Below, piece after piece: positions 62,391 to 64,000 of a stretch of DNA of 64,000 nucleotides. A program made the position numbers and the translations under genes. The DNA comes from the human T2T-CHM13v2.0 reference genome, Homo sapiens. The notes beneath the pieces were generated by a model. That model had not been told where the DNA came from. It was given only the letters and a program-made list of their open reading frames with translations, and ran no database searches. The stretch is from the NCBI RefSeq assembly GCF_009914755.1, contig NC_060926.1. One strand, written 5' to 3'. Numbering within the stretch: the first letter of the stretch is position 1; each line of letters starts with the position of its first letter.

Positions 62391-64000
62391 AGATAGTTTT
62401 TTAGTACATCATGAGGCCTCCAAATAAAGACAACTCTGGGATGTGTTGAATGCAGAAGGAGCTGATAAGACAAAGTCCTTCACATGAACCTGTCCAAATA
62501 GTCTCAGTCCTGGTTTTGAATACTGAAGTACCCAAACTTCCTTGACCTTCTCATTTCTTCCCCAGTGATTACCGTGGGTAAGAAAAAAAACAGCAGAAAG
62601 TAAAAGCGTCATGAAACCTCACCATGGTGAGGTTGGTGAGGCTCCCGTGATGCTTTTACTTTTTGCTGTTTTTTTCTCCCACATGGTAATCATTATCTAG
62701 CTCAGTGTTTCCCAGCCATTTTTTTTCATTCTCCCACTGCCCCCTTGAAAATACTATTTAGACATTTTTTTTCCTAATTACTCCCCCTCCCTGCAATCTT
62801 AATACCACAGATATGTTGTATATCTTTTTATGTACTATATGTATATCTGTGGTTTACCCCAAAAATTAGTACAATTTATTTCACCCACATAAGAAACAAT
62901 GTTTGCTCCCTCAGTGCCATTTTGCTCTTGTTGTGAATGCCTGGTGTAGCTCATAACTATGAATTCGGTAAAAAGAAAAGAAGGAAGGAAGGATGGAGGG
63001 AGGGAAAGAAAAAATGAAGGGAGAGTAGAAAACAAACAAACAATAAAACAAGCCAGCAATGACGTAAAACACTAAACTGACGATGTCCTCAATTTCCCAA
63101 CAGCTCTAGCATTCCCTGCTAGTATAGATTCAAGTATTGAGGTTTCACTATGGCCAAAGCATTGCCAATATTTCTGTCCAAAGCTGGGACAGAGCATGCT
63201 TTAATCATTCTGTGAGTGAATCCCAAAGAACAAGGTGTGGCTTGAAACACACTCAACTTTTGGAATCTCAATTCCCTAGTTGCAAACGAGAATGTTCCCT
63301 CTGACCAAAGATAGTTTTTCCTCGTGGGATTTAGTAGATCTCTAAAGACGTTGGAGTCTTTCCCTTGGGGGAAGTTCATCGCTTTGCCTGTTGATAAGCG
63401 ATAGCAAAGGAGAATGCATAGAAAGTTACTCTTACTTTTATTTTCTCCTCCTTAACTTCATACCCTGCCTAACAAATTGGAGAACTAGAAGGAAAGCCAG
63501 AATTCACCACTACAGACCTAAGAAAGAAAGGTCTGGACAGGTGGAACCAACTTGCTCAAGGGCCAGGAGCAAATTAGTGTCAAAGCTGGGACATGGAGTT
63601 TGTCTCTTGATACAGGACCTCCTCTGCCAGAAGAAAGGGTCAACCTCAGATGTGTACTTCATCATTTGTTAAATTTCCTTGAGCAGCATCCAACTATGGC
63701 TGTGATTACACAAAGAAAAAGCTTCTTTAAATAAACACCAGCAAATCTGCTTCAGCTGAAGATGTATGCTTAGTGTCCCAGGGGCCAGTATGATTTAATA
63801 TTGCCAATATTAAATAAGAGTTTGGGGCTTGGATAACAATTGCAAGCTGGGTAGCAGTTTTTCACCTCCAGGAATTGACTATAGATAGCAAACAGCTCAG
63901 ATGTGGAAACAGTTTTTCCACATCACCAGAAGGCCCTTGTAGCTGGCTGCTAGCCTTCAGCTCCTATGAAAACTGGAAGATGTGTGTGCACATGGCCACG

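Overview
Non-coding primate (most likely human or great ape) genomic DNA, either intergenic or deep intronic. No protein-coding gene, structural RNA gene, CpG island or CRISPR array is supported. The ORF track consists of chance ORFs and ORFs read through Alu, L1 and LTR repeats. The window is a mosaic of interspersed repeats: 9 Alu/FLAM copies, L1, L2, MIR and CR1 fragments, MaLR and ERV solo LTRs (MLT1, THE1, MST, MER4D, MER21) and DNA-transposon relics (Tigger, MADE1, MER53, MER58, MER91, MER102). Between them lie long stretches lacking younger insertions that look regulatory. Repeat family names come from recognising consensus sequences by eye, and the boundaries of old elements are approximate. 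Three signals stand out. (1) A ~112-133 nt fold-back at 52.3-52.5 kb, not assignable to any repeat I recognise, with a 45-bp stem whose only three mismatches are G:U wobbles on the + strand, so it resembles a pre-miRNA. (2) Three dispersed direct duplications (29, 20 and 104 bp) whose apparent donors all lie 1.25-1.5 kb downstream, two of them interrupting older repeats, alongside several template-switch palindromes. (3) A strong CTCF motif at 11.05 kb and two palindromic MITEs of the kinds that gave rise to miR-548 and miR-1302.
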